From a virus (lineage: Duplodnaviria; Caudoviricetes), in the IMG/VR virus record IMGVR_UViG_3300028610_001199, positions 1 to 50,786 of that record: a DNA stretch of 50,786 bases. One strand, given 5' to 3'. The translations under genes were made by a program, and so were the position numbers. The notes under the pieces are model-generated. The model was not told the origin of the DNA. It ran no database searches and was given only the letters and a program-made list of their open reading frames with translations. Positions 19,008 to 28,735 of the stretch are shown piece after piece; within the stretch, counting starts at the first letter, position 1, and every line of letters begins with the position of its first letter.

Positions 19008-20994
19008 CTATTTCTTCGTCCCTTATAATATCTTTGAACTTGTTTGATGCTTTATCAACTTCTTGTTTAACTTGAAGAGATTGAGCTGATTGAGTGACAT
19101 GTTGCAATTGTTGACGCAACGCACTATTTTCTTCTTCTTGTTGCTGGATTTGCTGTTGGAGTTGGACGTTAACATCTATAACTTCAACAATCCTTCGTTT
19201 ATCACTATCACTTAATCCTGGTATTTTTTTAATAGCTTCACCAACAAGAGCTGGGTTTAACTGCGCTAGTTGCATCATTAAATCAAGTTCAGCAACATCT
19301 TGACTTGGCATAGTAGAACCTGCTCTAATACGATACGAAGCCTTAATACTAGTCGTTGTATTCAAAGTATTAAACGCATTCAAAGTATCTGTGAATTCTA
19401 CAGGATTAAAAAACCTTACAGAAGGATCTCCATGGGGACCAACTATATGGAACATCTTCTCGCTATCATAGAATTTAGGAATCCATTCAAGGAGAACGTT
19501 ATTAAGACTAGTTAACGCACTTTCCATATAAGTTAATGGGACTCTAAGAAGATCTGTTGCCCATTGCCCTAGCGCCATCGTAGCATTAAAGGTGTGGGGG
19601 GCTGCACTAGCATCACCTGTACGTAGTTGAAGTTGCTGGACTTCAGACATTATCTGCCCTTCTAAATACTGCTGCATAGTAAACCAAGCTTGAGTCAACG
19701 GTTCAGGTCTCACTACTTCTATAGGCCAATTTCCATTAACATCTCTCTTCATATCTATGACTTGTCCAGGCGCAGCCATATTATTGGACAACTCTTCTAG
19801 CGTCTCGTCAGTCATCCTCTCTGTGTCTGCAAAAAATCTTGTGTTAGAACCTAATGCAGCATTAAGAAAACTCAAACGTAAAGACGTGTTTAGGAGCTCT
19901 TGTGGGGCTACTAAGTTATCTACTTCCCCAATAGGATACCCATTCTTAAGATCTTGTCCAATAATCGGCTTTAAGGGGTAATCGGAAATAGGAAGGATAG
20001 TACTTTTACCTATTTGCTTTACTCCTGAAAGGGTCTTAGTAAACTTAATCCTTGGAATAGGAACTTCCTTTGTTTCAAGTCTAAAGAATTCAGGATCTAC
20101 TTGTAATAGAGCTTGAGCTTCTTCTTCTGTCTTAGCAAATTGGAGTATATCTTCCTGAGAAATTGCACCTTTTTTAAGAAATACCTTCTCACTCTCACTA
20201 GGTTCTTCCCCTTCATCCAATACTCTTGTAACTTGCCCAGTAGCAGGTTGAATAATAACAGGTATCTTTCTAATTATCTTCTCGTAACTATCAAGGACAC
20301 GTATAAAGTCCCGTCTCTCACCAGTTATAGAAGTTGTTTGTGGAGTACCATACTCAGCAATATTTCCTTGATCATTAGTAGCATCCCAATAAATCTCATC
20401 ATTAAGAACAAGAAACTGTTCATTTCTCCTTATATTAGGATTAGCTGCATAAAAATCTTCAGGCTTAACCAGCTTGCTGTGGATAATCATTGAAGTATCC
20501 GAATAGTCCCAGTTAGAAGCTGCTGGGTCCATATAGATCTCATTATAAGGTATAAACTTATACTTCAATTCACCACGTCCATAGTCAGCAATATTATCAG
20601 CAAATATCCCCATCCAGCCAATACCAACTTCATGTTGATCATTTACTGCACGAGATAGTTGAATTTGCCCATCACTATTATACCAATGGTAATCAAGGAA
20701 TTCGTTTATTAAACTAGCCATCCCTTCATCTTCCTCATGGAATCCTAGTATCTTACCAACTGGCTTGTTAGCAACTTGTAAAGCAACTCTCATGCGTAAG
20801 ACTTGTCTAATCTTATTAATATGGATATCTACTTCACCACGACTATCAATCTCATCTTTCTTTTGACGATGGGTTTGGAATCCTGCGGCCATCTTCCGCA
20901 TCTTGTCTCGTTCTTGCCTATACGATATTGTGATATCTCTAAGATCTTGATATCGATCCCACATTTGTAAGGCAACTTTATTAGGTGCAGCCAT
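18955..20994 (-). CDS. Portal protein (P22-like, C-terminal barrel coiled coil)
   Basis: 679 aa after TerL; IHINKIRQV, EIYMDP and GEVDNLVAPQELLN motifs; Q-rich C-terminal helix. Confidence 0.9.
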   Translation of the reverse strand: MAAPNKVALQMWDRYQDLRDITISYRQERDKMRKMAAGFQTHRQKKDEIDSRGEVDIHINKIRQVLRMRVALQVANKPVGKILGFHEEDEGMASLINEFLDYHWYNSDGQIQLSRAVNDQHEVGIGWMGIFADNIADYGRGELKYKFIPYNEIYMDPAASNWDYSDTSMIIHSKLVKPEDFYAANPNIRRNEQFLVLNDEIYWDATNDQGNIAEYGTPQTTSITGERRDFIRVLDSYEKIIRKIPVIIQPATGQVTRVLDEGEEPSESEKVFLKKGAISQEDILQFAKTEEEAQALLQVDPEFFRLETKEVPIPRIKFTKTLSGVKQIGKSTILPISDYPLKPIIGQDLKNGYPIGEVDNLVAPQELLNTSLRLSFLNAALGSNTRFFADTERMTDETLEELSNNMAAPGQVIDMKRDVNGNWPIEVVRPEPLTQAWFTMQQYLEGQIMSEVQQLQLRTGDASAAPHTFNATMALGQWATDLLRVPLTYMESALTSLNNVLLEWIPKFYDSEKMFHIVGPHGDPSVRFFNPVEFTDTLNAFNTLNTTTSIKASYRIRAGSTMPSQDVAELDLMMQLAQLNPALVGEAIKKIPGLSDSDKRRIVEVIDVNVQLQQQIQQQEEENSALRQQLQHVTQSAQSLQVKQEVDKASNKFKDIIRDEEIDAAKRKAKSDSDSQSKE

Positions 20995-20997
20995 TTA

Positions 20998-22689
20998 TCA
21001 AACCCTTAAACTATTAATCGTTGATGGTCCCCATTGCCTAAAATCACTTTTTCTCTTAGGTCTCTTATGGGCATATTGAGAGTATCCTGCTTGCTCTCTA
21101 TGGTAGTTTTCTTTAGTTGTATTTGGATCTTTAGTATTTGTCTCTGTGAATCTTATACCGAATTCAACCGCATCTAGAAGGTTAGGATTTTCTATATGTT
21201 GGAAAGTATCCATCTCTTCCCTAATAAGTTTGCAACCAGCTCCAATAGAAATAGAACCTAGTCTACATAAAGATTGAAGAGAGTTCCATATTCTCATCTT
21301 CTTGTTTGGCGGTTGATACTTAGGAAATATCTCATTTAATGGGTTTTGAGCTATAAAGAAATCTGAAGAAGCCTTCATCTCATAAATGGTTTGAAGTATT
21401 TGCTGACCAGATATTGCTTCTATAACAAACCCTGTTAGATAGTATTTTCTATGGAGTTCAAATAATCTATCAATAACCGCTGCTGGGTCGTCCCAATTCT
21501 TTTCTTCTTCTAGAATCCAAACCATATTATGGTAATAGCTATCACCTGTCAACCCATTGCGTTTTAATACCCTGCCTTTAGCGAAGGTAACAATAGCTCG
21601 TGGATCGTGGAGACTCTCATCTCGTCCAAATGCAGGGTCAATAGACACATAGATGTTAACTGGTACTGGGTTAGGATAATCTTCAAATATTAATACGTTA
21701 GTTCCAGCGTGGCGCTCATAGACCCCCTTGTGAATATCATACCCCTTGATGTTCTTATCTTTAGCTTCAGAGATAATATTCATCCACTCACAATCCCACT
21801 CTTCGCGTCTACCATCAGCTATTAAGTCAGATCTAAGTTTTTGAAGTACTTTAGTTGGGAATTTAGACGGGAATAGAGACTTTTCAACCCCATCACTATT
21901 TACTTCTAGACAAGAATAATGGGACCCTTTCCACATCTGGGATAGCATGATCTTAGCCAACATACAGCCAGAAGATAGAAGGTTGCCAATAATCCTAGCT
22001 CTACCACGCTCAAAATCTAGTCTAGGAATAACATCACGGTTAAGCCAAGATAAGTTATGTTTATGGCGATCTTTAGTTCTACAGTCTTCAATAGATTCAG
22101 GATCGTCTCCAATGAATAGAGTAACCCTTTGCCCCCTTCTTACTGAACCCCTAACCCCATTGCTTCTCCAGGATATACATCTTACTATAGCACGACCGAA
22201 GTTAGGACCAAACTCTAAGAATTTAGCAGAATCTTTTAGCTTCTTATTGCTTTTAATAGAGCCTATAGTTGTTTGTGGGTCTCCATAGACTGCTAGGATC
22301 TTTTCGTTCTCTGTGAATAGGATTCTAATATCATCCAACATACCTTCTGCGATATCCCCCATACCAGAAGCTATTAATGTATAGGGCTCATGGAAGTATA
22401 TAATACTATAGATAGTATATAGTTTTGTGATGATAGTTGATTTGCCAAAGTTTGATGGGCAAGTAATCCAATAGAGCTTGATAGATTGAAACATATCCTT
22501 GACGATATCCCCATGGAACGGGGCAGGTGACTTAGTGATGATGTACTGGCCAAGGTTGTCTTTATCCCCGTAGAAGTAGCAGATAAAGTCTAGGAACTTA
22601 TTACTAGACTCTTGGGCTACGATATTGCCTTTACTGTCTATTATAGGCTTAAATCTATTGTAAAGCTCTTGTCTCTTTTCTAAATCCAA
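20998..22689 (-). CDS. terL: Terminase large subunit
   Basis: Walker A CPSNFGKST, Walker B LFIGDD, nuclease motif VSIDPA, C-terminal LLDAV. Confidence 0.92.
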   Translation of the reverse strand: MDLEKRQELYNRFKPIIDSKGNIVAQESSNKFLDFICYFYGDKDNLGQYIITKSPAPFHGDIVKDMFQSIKLYWITCPSNFGKSTIITKLYTIYSIIYFHEPYTLIASGMGDIAEGMLDDIRILFTENEKILAVYGDPQTTIGSIKSNKKLKDSAKFLEFGPNFGRAIVRCISWRSNGVRGSVRRGQRVTLFIGDDPESIEDCRTKDRHKHNLSWLNRDVIPRLDFERGRARIIGNLLSSGCMLAKIMLSQMWKGSHYSCLEVNSDGVEKSLFPSKFPTKVLQKLRSDLIADGRREEWDCEWMNIISEAKDKNIKGYDIHKGVYERHAGTNVLIFEDYPNPVPVNIYVSIDPAFGRDESLHDPRAIVTFAKGRVLKRNGLTGDSYYHNMVWILEEEKNWDDPAAVIDRLFELHRKYYLTGFVIEAISGQQILQTIYEMKASSDFFIAQNPLNEIFPKYQPPNKKMRIWNSLQSLCRLGSISIGAGCKLIREEMDTFQHIENPNLLDAVEFGIRFTETNTKDPNTTKENYHREQAGYSQYAHKRPKRKSDFRQWGPSTINSLRV

Positions 22690-22690
22690 T

Positions 22691-23002
22691 TCAATCTTCC
22701 TTAATAAAGCAAATAAAAATACCGCCTTGCCTTAGCGTGGAAATACTATGGATCTTGTACCCATTTACCATATAGTACTTCCATTTCTCTTTTATATCCT
22801 CATCCCCAATATCGTTAAACACACTATTTGTTTCGAAAGAGAACACCCCTTTAGTTAATGTCATGAATCTATAGGGATCTCTAGGCGGCTTCTCTTTTAA
22901 TATCGTCTCCACCACTATTTTCTTCTTCTTTGGTTTTGACTCTACCTTTATTGTATTTCGCTTCAAGCGCGTTTTCGACTGAGTTATCTTCTTCTTTTCC
23001 AT
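22691..23002 (-). CDS. Basic hypothetical protein
   Basis: 103-aa ORF between TerS and TerL. Confidence 0.55.
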   Translation of the reverse strand: MEKKKITQSKTRLKRNTIKVESKPKKKKIVVETILKEKPPRDPYRFMTLTKGVFSFETNSVFNDIGDEDIKEKWKYYMVNGYKIHSISTLRQGGIFICFIKED

Positions 23003-23798
23003 CTAATTCTATTTCTCTAGTTGGTGGTATTTTAACTGGTTGGAATGATGTGACTCTAGCACCTTCTGGTTCCCCAATCTCAGTAGATGTTTGGACTTCA
23101 GTATCAATACTATCTACAAACTTATCGCTATAACTAGTTAAAGCATCATTCATAACTTTACCAATTTTAGCAATATCATCCCCTTTACCTTCTTCAATAG
23201 CGTTATCAAGTCCTAGCTGTATTGAATTTGTGAACTTATCCCACTTTGATAAAAACGTTTCTTTACTCATATCTACTATATCCAGCATTGACCCCATACA
23301 CGCTTTAACCATCTTTACTACTTTTGGCTGAGTAAATAAGAACAACGCATGGGAATGGGTTAGGTTAGCTTTCTTGACGGCTTGTAGGAAATCTCCTGTA
23401 TGGACAAGGTACCACACAAATATTGATTGTTTCTTAGAAAGGATAGTATCATGGTAGATTAGGTGGTAGGCTGAATCGTCGTAAAACCTTACTTGCTTTA
23501 TTCCGAAACTTATATCTCTTTTTTTGTAAGTAAGGGAAATGCCTGAATCATTTAAACATCTAAATCTATCATGAGATACTGCGACAACTGGTACAACCCA
23601 CCCATCTGTAGTCTCAATTAAATCGCCGACCTTCAACAGAATTGATTTTCCAAGATATTTTTCCAGCGCTATTGGACTATAGGAAGTTGGTGGGGTACCA
23701 GGATCTTTCAAACAATATACGTCCCCAAAACGCTCTACTAACTTGCCTCTTTTATTTTGAATCCTATAAAAACATTCTCTAGGTTTTATTTTTGACAA
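22881..23798 (-). CDS. terS: Terminase small subunit with an extra N-terminal domain
   Basis: LSKKQSIFVWYLVHTGDFLQAVKKA...FTQPKV HTH-like TerS motif, upstream of TerL. Confidence 0.6.
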   Translation of the reverse strand: MSKIKPRECFYRIQNKRGKLVERFGDVYCLKDPGTPPTSYSPIALEKYLGKSILLKVGDLIETTDGWVVPVVAVSHDRFRCLNDSGISLTYKKRDISFGIKQVRFYDDSAYHLIYHDTILSKKQSIFVWYLVHTGDFLQAVKKANLTHSHALFLFTQPKVVKMVKACMGSMLDIVDMSKETFLSKWDKFTNSIQLGLDNAIEEGKGDDIAKIGKVMNDALTSYSDKFVDSIDTEVQTSTEIGEPEGARVTSFQPVKIPPTREIELDGKEEDNSVENALEAKYNKGRVKTKEEENSGGDDIKREAA

Positions 23799-23882
23799 AA
23801 TTAATATTCCCCTTGATTCTTATTGCCTATATCTCTATTACGAAAATAAAATACAAAAGTCAAGTAAAATCTTTAAAATAAC

Positions 23883-23915
23883 AAAAAAAGCCCAGAAATC
23901 GGTGAATTCCCAGGC
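23883..23915 (-). terminator. Rho-independent terminator upstream of terS
   Basis: GCCTGGGAAT...ATTTCTGGGC followed by T7 on the minus strand. Confidence 0.7.
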
Positions 23916-24002
23916 CTTTCCCCTTCCTTAAGTTAACGCGACATCAACTTAATTAGGTATATATATCTTCTACAGTTCCCCGGGCATTCTCTTGAACGGG
24001 GA

Positions 24003-24158
24003 TTATCTTCTTTTTAATTTCTGTTTATTTTTCCTTCTATCTCTTCTATTCATTCGCTGCTTAATACGCTTAACTTCTCCTCGCCCCCAACATATGATTC
24101 TTCTCCATTTGGTAATAATATCATATTCTTCACCATTATTACTAGGAACTTTATTCAT
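24003..24158 (-). CDS. 51-aa Arg/Lys-rich small phage protein
   Basis: MNKVPSNNGEEYDIITKWRR...KRIKQRMNRRDRRK; below the ORF-track cutoff. Confidence 0.55.
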   Translation of the reverse strand: MNKVPSNNGEEYDIITKWRRIICWGRGEVKRIKQRMNRRDRRKNKQKLKRR

Positions 24159-24597
24159 CTTTCTCTTTAACTACCATATATTTATTACAAAATAATTCCA
24201 GATCTTCATTCTCTCTTATATGGAGTTCTAGCATAGCCAACATATTCCAAGCTGCATGAGATAGATGGAGTATCTCGCTTTCTCTGTCCCCTTCATCTAC
24301 AGCTAGCAAATGTCTCATCATAGCATCGTAATACCTTTCGAATCCATCTTCTACTTCTTCCCATCCATTAGGAGAGTATTTCTCAGCTCCATAGGTAGAT
24401 ACTTTAGCCACTTCCATTAAAGCTCTTCTAAAGCCGGTAAACATCAATCCAGCTCTAACTTTACCTTTATCTAACTTAGCTCCAGGTTCTTTTCTGTCTT
24501 TACCATTAGGGTCTGATTCATTGTATTGCTCAACGACTTCTTTAGTCCAGAAACCAGTTGGTCCCTGAAAGCCTTTAGGATCTATATGATTATCCAT
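24151..24597 (-). CDS. dATP/dGTP diphosphohydrolase-domain protein (DUF5664)
   Basis: GAKLDKGK..., EVAKVSTYGAEKYSPNGW, YYDAMMRHL, ESEILHLSHAAWN. Confidence 0.85.
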   Translation of the reverse strand: MDNHIDPKGFQGPTGFWTKEVVEQYNESDPNGKDRKEPGAKLDKGKVRAGLMFTGFRRALMEVAKVSTYGAEKYSPNGWEEVEDGFERYYDAMMRHLLAVDEGDRESEILHLSHAAWNMLAMLELHIRENEDLELFCNKYMVVKEKDE

Positions 24598-24863
24598 TAT
24601 TCAGTCTCCACCATTATAGCTACTTCGTAATATTTCATATCGGGATCAAATTTCTTTTCAACAGCCAGTCTCTTCTCAGCATTTAACTTAGTTCTAAAAC
24701 AAGCAGTATGATGTCCGCTTTTAGTATAGTATGTTGGTTTAAACAAACCTGTTTCGTTATGTCTAAATCCCCAAAGGTGGTTACTCTTTTCCATCATTAT
24801 CTCCTTTATCTCCTTTAAGGCTATATTCCCAATATTTCTCACCATCATAATCCATCTCCCCAT
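24597..24863 (-). CDS. Hypothetical protein (probable start near 24797)
   Basis: AAGGAG SD before MMEKSN. Confidence 0.55.
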   Translation of the reverse strand: MGRWIMMVRNIGNIALKEIKEIMMEKSNHLWGFRHNETGLFKPTYYTKSGHHTACFRTKLNAEKRLAVEKKFDPDMKYYEVAIMVETE

Positions 24864-25074
24864 TTGGTCCCAACCAATCCATGCTAATCATGGCGACTTC
24901 TTTATCGCGAGAATACTCCCAACTTCCTATTTTAAACTTAGTCTCTAAGGAGTCATCACTAAAAATCTGTATTGGTGGGCTGCAAATTCTAATAACACTA
25001 GTAGTTAATGGATTCTCATAATTAGTTATAAAATTATCAAATTCTTCTTTATTAACTTTCTTCATTTCCATCAT
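24781..25074 (-). CDS. Hypothetical protein
   Basis: AAGGAG SD; 97 aa. Confidence 0.65.
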   Translation of the reverse strand: MMEMKKVNKEEFDNFITNYENPLTTSVIRICSPPIQIFSDDSLETKFKIGSWEYSRDKEVAMISMDWLGPNGEMDYDGEKYWEYSLKGDKGDNDGKE

Positions 25075-25267
25075 CTCCTTTTAAAATATACCTACCGACT
25101 CTTCAAAACTATACTCGATTTCCTAACAACATGCACATGTTAATTAAGTTTTTAGTTAAATAGCTAATTAGAGCCAGTAAGTAGTTAAGGGTACAGATAT
25201 CTTACTACCTGATCATTGTAGCTAGGCCGTATACCCTTAGTCGACAATTAATAATACCAAAAATATT

Positions 25268-25582
25268 TTATAATAGCAAGGGGTTATTTAATTTTTTTGA
25301 TTGCCTAATAACACTAGCTATTTTAATATTAATAATTTTAACCAGCTTCAGATATTTTCTATTATTCTCTTGAGTGATTCTAATAACTGATTTTCCTTTA
25401 ATCATCACATTAATAACACCTTTTTTAAGAACCCTAACACTACACCCACTTATCTCATCATATAGACAGTCGTTTATTACGTCCCATCCTTTACTATTAA
25501 CTAATTGAATTAGATCAAGATATATTTTATGGGGCCCATACTTTTTTTCCCATCTCATAATAATCTCCAAAATTGTTACCAA
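25268..25582 (-). CDS. Hypothetical protein
   Basis: First ORF downstream of the leftward sigma70 promoter. Confidence 0.5.
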   Translation of the reverse strand: MVTILEIIMRWEKKYGPHKIYLDLIQLVNSKGWDVINDCLYDEISGCSVRVLKKGVINVMIKGKSVIRITQENNRKYLKLVKIINIKIASVIRQSKKLNNPLLL

Positions 25583-25599
25583 TAGACTTAATGGGAAGG

Positions 25600-25628
25600 A
25601 TTATAAGGATACTTCTAAACAAAGTCAA
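25600..25628 (-). promoter_or_regulatory. sigma70-type promoter, leftward
   Basis: TTGACT-N17-TATAAT on the minus strand. Confidence 0.8.
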
Positions 25629-25657
25629 GAGAAAATAACTCAAATAAATCTTTTTAC

Positions 25658-25686
25658 TTGACTTATATATATATTATTAGTACCTT
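25658..25686 (+). promoter_or_regulatory. sigma70-type promoter, rightward, driving the structured non-coding region
   Basis: TTGACT-N17-TACCTT, back-to-back with the leftward promoter. Confidence 0.65.
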
Positions 25687-25691
25687 GCCTA

Positions 25692-26030
25692 TCTATTCGG
25701 TTTATAGAAGCACAGTTTACACCGAAATAGAACTTTAGAATCGTTCTTATAAAAACTGCGCCTGTAATTATTTAGATTCTACAAGGTCAATTAGGATATA
25801 AGGACGAAGAAGAAGCCCAGGCTCTGTGTTAATGCCCACAACTTGGCACCGTAATAAGAGACTAAAAAACTTCTTTGTCCTAGAAGCTTGATAAAAGATT
25901 TGAAGCCCTTACGGGATGGGGTTCTTAAGTTGGCTAGACTTCAGAGTTTATGTGTAAGTATTAAGATAAAGAAAGCATAGAGTCTGATTTAACCTGTAAT
26001 ATTAGTATATTACGGGAAAGGGCATTCTAT
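25692..26030 (+). ncRNA. Putative large structured ncRNA / origin transcript
   Basis: No ORF of 60 aa or more; stems 25693-701/25721-30, 25741-51/25797-807, 25818-30/25974-86 and 25993-26002/26007-16, with G-U wobbles in plus-strand sense. Confidence 0.55.
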
Positions 26031-26068
26031 GCTCAAAAATAAAAACTTACCACCCTTTAATATTTACC

Positions 26069-26097
26069 TTGCATCTCTATTCCCACCTTATTATCTT
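26069..26097 (+). promoter_or_regulatory. sigma70-type promoter
   Basis: TTGCAT-N17-TATCTT upstream of the AGGAG SD of ORF 26137. Confidence 0.6.
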
Positions 26098-26136
26098 CCC
26101 CTATCCAACAATACAATTTCAAACTAGGAGTACTTT

Positions 26137-26505
26137 ATGGCTGAACAAGACTTATTAACCTACTGGAACTCTAGAAAACTAATAACCCATAGAAGACCCC
26201 CTAAGAACGGTAATAAGAAACTAAAGACTTGCCTTAAGGATGCGTTAGAATATTACTCTACAGAAGAGATAAAGAGTAGTATATTCAATTATAGTGTTGT
26301 ATTGAAGTCTAAGTCATCTTATTTTAAATACAAATGGAATGCTGCTGAATTCTTAGATCGTGGCTTAGAGAAGTTTATGGGCAATCCTGATGAAGTCTAT
26401 GGTACTTATACTGATGGGAAAGTAATGATGGAAGTTATAGAAGATAGCACCCACCCAGATTATCAACAATATAGTAAATTCTCAATGATGGGAGAGATTA
26501 ATTAA
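26137..26505 (+). CDS. Replication-initiator C-terminal-like (helicase-loader-recruiting) protein
   Basis: LLTYWN...LKDALEYYSTEEIKSSIFNY...KWNAAEFLDRGLEKF resembles C-terminal domains of phage replisome organisers; no N-terminal HTH. Confidence 0.5.
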   Translation: MAEQDLLTYWNSRKLITHRRPPKNGNKKLKTCLKDALEYYSTEEIKSSIFNYSVVLKSKSSYFKYKWNAAEFLDRGLEKFMGNPDEVYGTYTDGKVMMEVIEDSTHPDYQQYSKFSMMGEIN

Positions 26506-26506
26506 T

Positions 26507-26740
26507 ATGGTCAAGGAAACAACATGTCCTCTAGAATCTATTGAACACACCCTAGCACTTGCGTCTATAGATTGGAGTCTTAATAAAAACAATGCTTGGC
26601 TTTGGGGAATTACTTGTGGTTGGGATGATGATTGCCTAAGAGAACTATCAGATAGGTTTGGATGGTCTACTAAAACAGTTGAAAGATTAAAAGAACTACA
26701 TAAGTCATTCAATAAATTAAAAATTCAACAATTACTATAA
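26507..26740 (+). CDS. Conserved-type phage hypothetical protein
   Basis: AWLWGITCGWDDDCLRELSDRFGW. Confidence 0.65.
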   Translation: MVKETTCPLESIEHTLALASIDWSLNKNNAWLWGITCGWDDDCLRELSDRFGWSTKTVERLKELHKSFNKLKIQQLL

Positions 26741-26787
26741 ACCTATAGCCTGATAAACTAACTTTAAATTTAAAGGTATAACTTGAT

Positions 26788-27234
26788 ATGGATAGAGAAA
26801 GACGCAGAGAATTAGAAGAAGAAGTCCATAGTAGTCCTCTTACGGGAAGAGAGATAGCTTTAGGATACCATTTCTGTCCAGATTGGGACGGCATGTTAAT
26901 TGGGCCTACTACTGGCATACAATTAGATGTATGTTGTTGTGATATTGCTTTTAAGAAGACTGAAGAGTATGAAAGAATTATGTTTCTGGGTGAGCTTGCG
27001 ATATTACTAAGTAAATACGATGCTTTTCTACATGTAGCAAGCGATAAACCTATTGATTTATGGCATTTAGATCAGTACAGAGAATTCCATGATAACGTAA
27101 CCCATGATGAATTAGTAGATCTTATTGAGAAAGAAATAGAATCAATAGACCATTTAAAACTCAAATGCATAGTAGAAGAGAACAAAACAGGCACTAACCC
27201 TATTGATTGGTTCGGAGATGAAAATGAAGCCTAA
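26788..27234 (+). CDS. Hypothetical protein (HFCPDWDG...CCC metal-binding motif)
   Basis: ORF with a Cys/His cluster. Confidence 0.6.
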   Translation: MDRERRRELEEEVHSSPLTGREIALGYHFCPDWDGMLIGPTTGIQLDVCCCDIAFKKTEEYERIMFLGELAILLSKYDAFLHVASDKPIDLWHLDQYREFHDNVTHDELVDLIEKEIESIDHLKLKCIVEENKTGTNPIDWFGDENEA

Positions 27235-27772
27235 AGGTATTAATGACGTTATAGATCTAGTTGTAAAGACTTATCAAGTTGCTAGAAATCCGTCTATGGT
27301 TGCTGAATGGGGGAATACTGATGTACCAGATAGTGAAATATGGGATACGTTCTATAGTTGCCACCATCAACGTGGGGCGAAGAATAGGACGCCTATGACA
27401 GCTAGTGAAATGAATAGCTTCTACCACGCCCAGAAGGAGATTAAGGCCCATAAACAGTCTTCTTTCAGTAAAGCAGATAGTGAAGTATTCTTTGGTAAGA
27501 TTAACTATATGACTAATATTAATAAAGCTCGAAAGGTTGACTACTATATTAGAGATAAAGAGAATATTATTGATAGAGATCCTGCTAAATATTTCCAAAA
27601 TATAGATCTTATGTCTAGTAAATATAAGGAGTATAAAGATAAGGCATTAGCGTACATTGAAGATAAGATCCCCCATAGTTGTGGGTGTGATATGGGATTT
27701 AAATACTATTTCTTTAAAGAAGAGAATATCTCCCTTTGTGTTAATTGTACGACAGAAAGGTTGGCTCTATGA
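27218..27772 (+). CDS. Hypothetical protein with C-terminal Zn finger; possible helicase loader/replication accessory
   Basis: CGCDMG...CVNC; GGAG SD; replication-region context. Confidence 0.5.
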   Translation: MKMKPKGINDVIDLVVKTYQVARNPSMVAEWGNTDVPDSEIWDTFYSCHHQRGAKNRTPMTASEMNSFYHAQKEIKAHKQSSFSKADSEVFFGKINYMTNINKARKVDYYIRDKENIIDRDPAKYFQNIDLMSSKYKEYKDKALAYIEDKIPHSCGCDMGFKYYFFKEENISLCVNCTTERLAL

Positions 27773-28029
27773 GAGACGATGACTATAGAGGAAGTATTAA
27801 ATATGATCAAAGCATCTATAAGGAGAAAGTAAAACTAGGAGAATTTAAAAATCTAGAAAATTGCCATATTGCTAAAAAAGGAGATGATACTAATGAAGAA
27901 TTAATAGTTAAAGCGATAAAAGAATTCAAGGATGAAGATGGCAAGAAAAGGGTTGTCCTTATTTGTTTAGATAAAAAAGGAAATACAGAAATAGTCTTGC
28001 AAGGCGATTACCACATAAAAAGGTATTGA
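27769..28029 (+). CDS. Hypothetical protein
   Basis: ATGA overlap with the previous stop. Confidence 0.55.
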   Translation: MRDDDYRGSIKYDQSIYKEKVKLGEFKNLENCHIAKKGDDTNEELIVKAIKEFKDEDGKKRVVLICLDKKGNTEIVLQGDYHIKRY

Positions 28030-28033
28030 TATA

Positions 28034-28735
28034 ATGGTCAAAAGATTAATTAGATATTTAATTATAGTTTCATTAACAGTTTTGGTAGGTGGGGCAATCT
28101 ATGGGTTCATGAATCCTGTTATGGTGGTGACTTTAAGTTGGGATAGTAACACGGAATCGGATCTTGATGGGTATAAAGTCCATATCGGTACTAAGAGTAG
28201 AGATTATTCTCTTGTTGTTGATATTGGAGATACCACATCATACGAATATACTGTCGCTAATAGTACCTACCCTTACTTCTTCGCAATTACAGCCTACGAT
28301 ACTAGTGGTAATGAAAGTGGGTATTCTATGGAAGTAACTACTGGGATTATTGATAGCGTAGATAATGGGGGTTGCGATACTACATTAATAGTACCTTATA
28401 TGAAAGTTAATAATGGTAGCTGGGAACAAGCTAGTATAGCCCATATGAAGAAAGGCGGTGGGGTTAGTTTTGGTCCCCAACCTATTGACAATAACTGGGA
28501 ATGGGAAGGGCCGGATAACTATGAAAGAACTTCTAGGGAAATAACCTTAGATAATATTCAGAAGAGTAGTAACTATACAGCTATATATACTAATGATTGC
28601 GGGGTTGTAACTACACAATTATTTAGTATTATAATAGACAAAGAACCAATTATTATTAAAGTAACGAAAGCTCCAAAAATTGGGGTTATCACAATAAAGA
28701 AACAACGTAAATGGTGGATACACAGACAATGGTAA
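28034..28735 (+). CDS. Membrane-anchored fibronectin type III + Ig/PKD-like protein
   Basis: N-terminal TM; LSWDSNTESDLDGYKVHIG...YFFAITAYDTSGNESGYS (FN3); GPQP..WEWEGPDNY..TSREIT..YTNDCG (Ig-like). Confidence 0.85.
   Translation: MVKRLIRYLIIVSLTVLVGGAIYGFMNPVMVVTLSWDSNTESDLDGYKVHIGTKSRDYSLVVDIGDTTSYEYTVANSTYPYFFAITAYDTSGNESGYSMEVTTGIIDSVDNGGCDTTLIVPYMKVNNGSWEQASIAHMKKGGGVSFGPQPIDNNWEWEGPDNYERTSREITLDNIQKSSNYTAIYTNDCGVVTTQLFSIIIDKEPIIIKVTKAPKIGVITIKKQRKWWIHRQW

Noticed and set aside
2912-23133. Many plus-strand ORFs over the structural module (e.g. 3788-4360, 11513-11995, 17970-18530)
   Set aside because: Antisense shadows of long, motif-bearing minus-strand genes, with no SD or recognisable motifs
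24151-24597. 2-aminoadenine (Z-genome) pathway suggested by DUF5664
   Set aside because: No PurZ, dATPase partner or phage DNA polymerase is recognisable; the domain often occurs alone
25150-25250. Shared element with 45540-45620 and 2170-2245 (GGCTCTAAT, AAGGGTA...TACCCTT)
   Set aside because: Matches of only 7-9 nt in AT-rich DNA cannot be told from chance by eye
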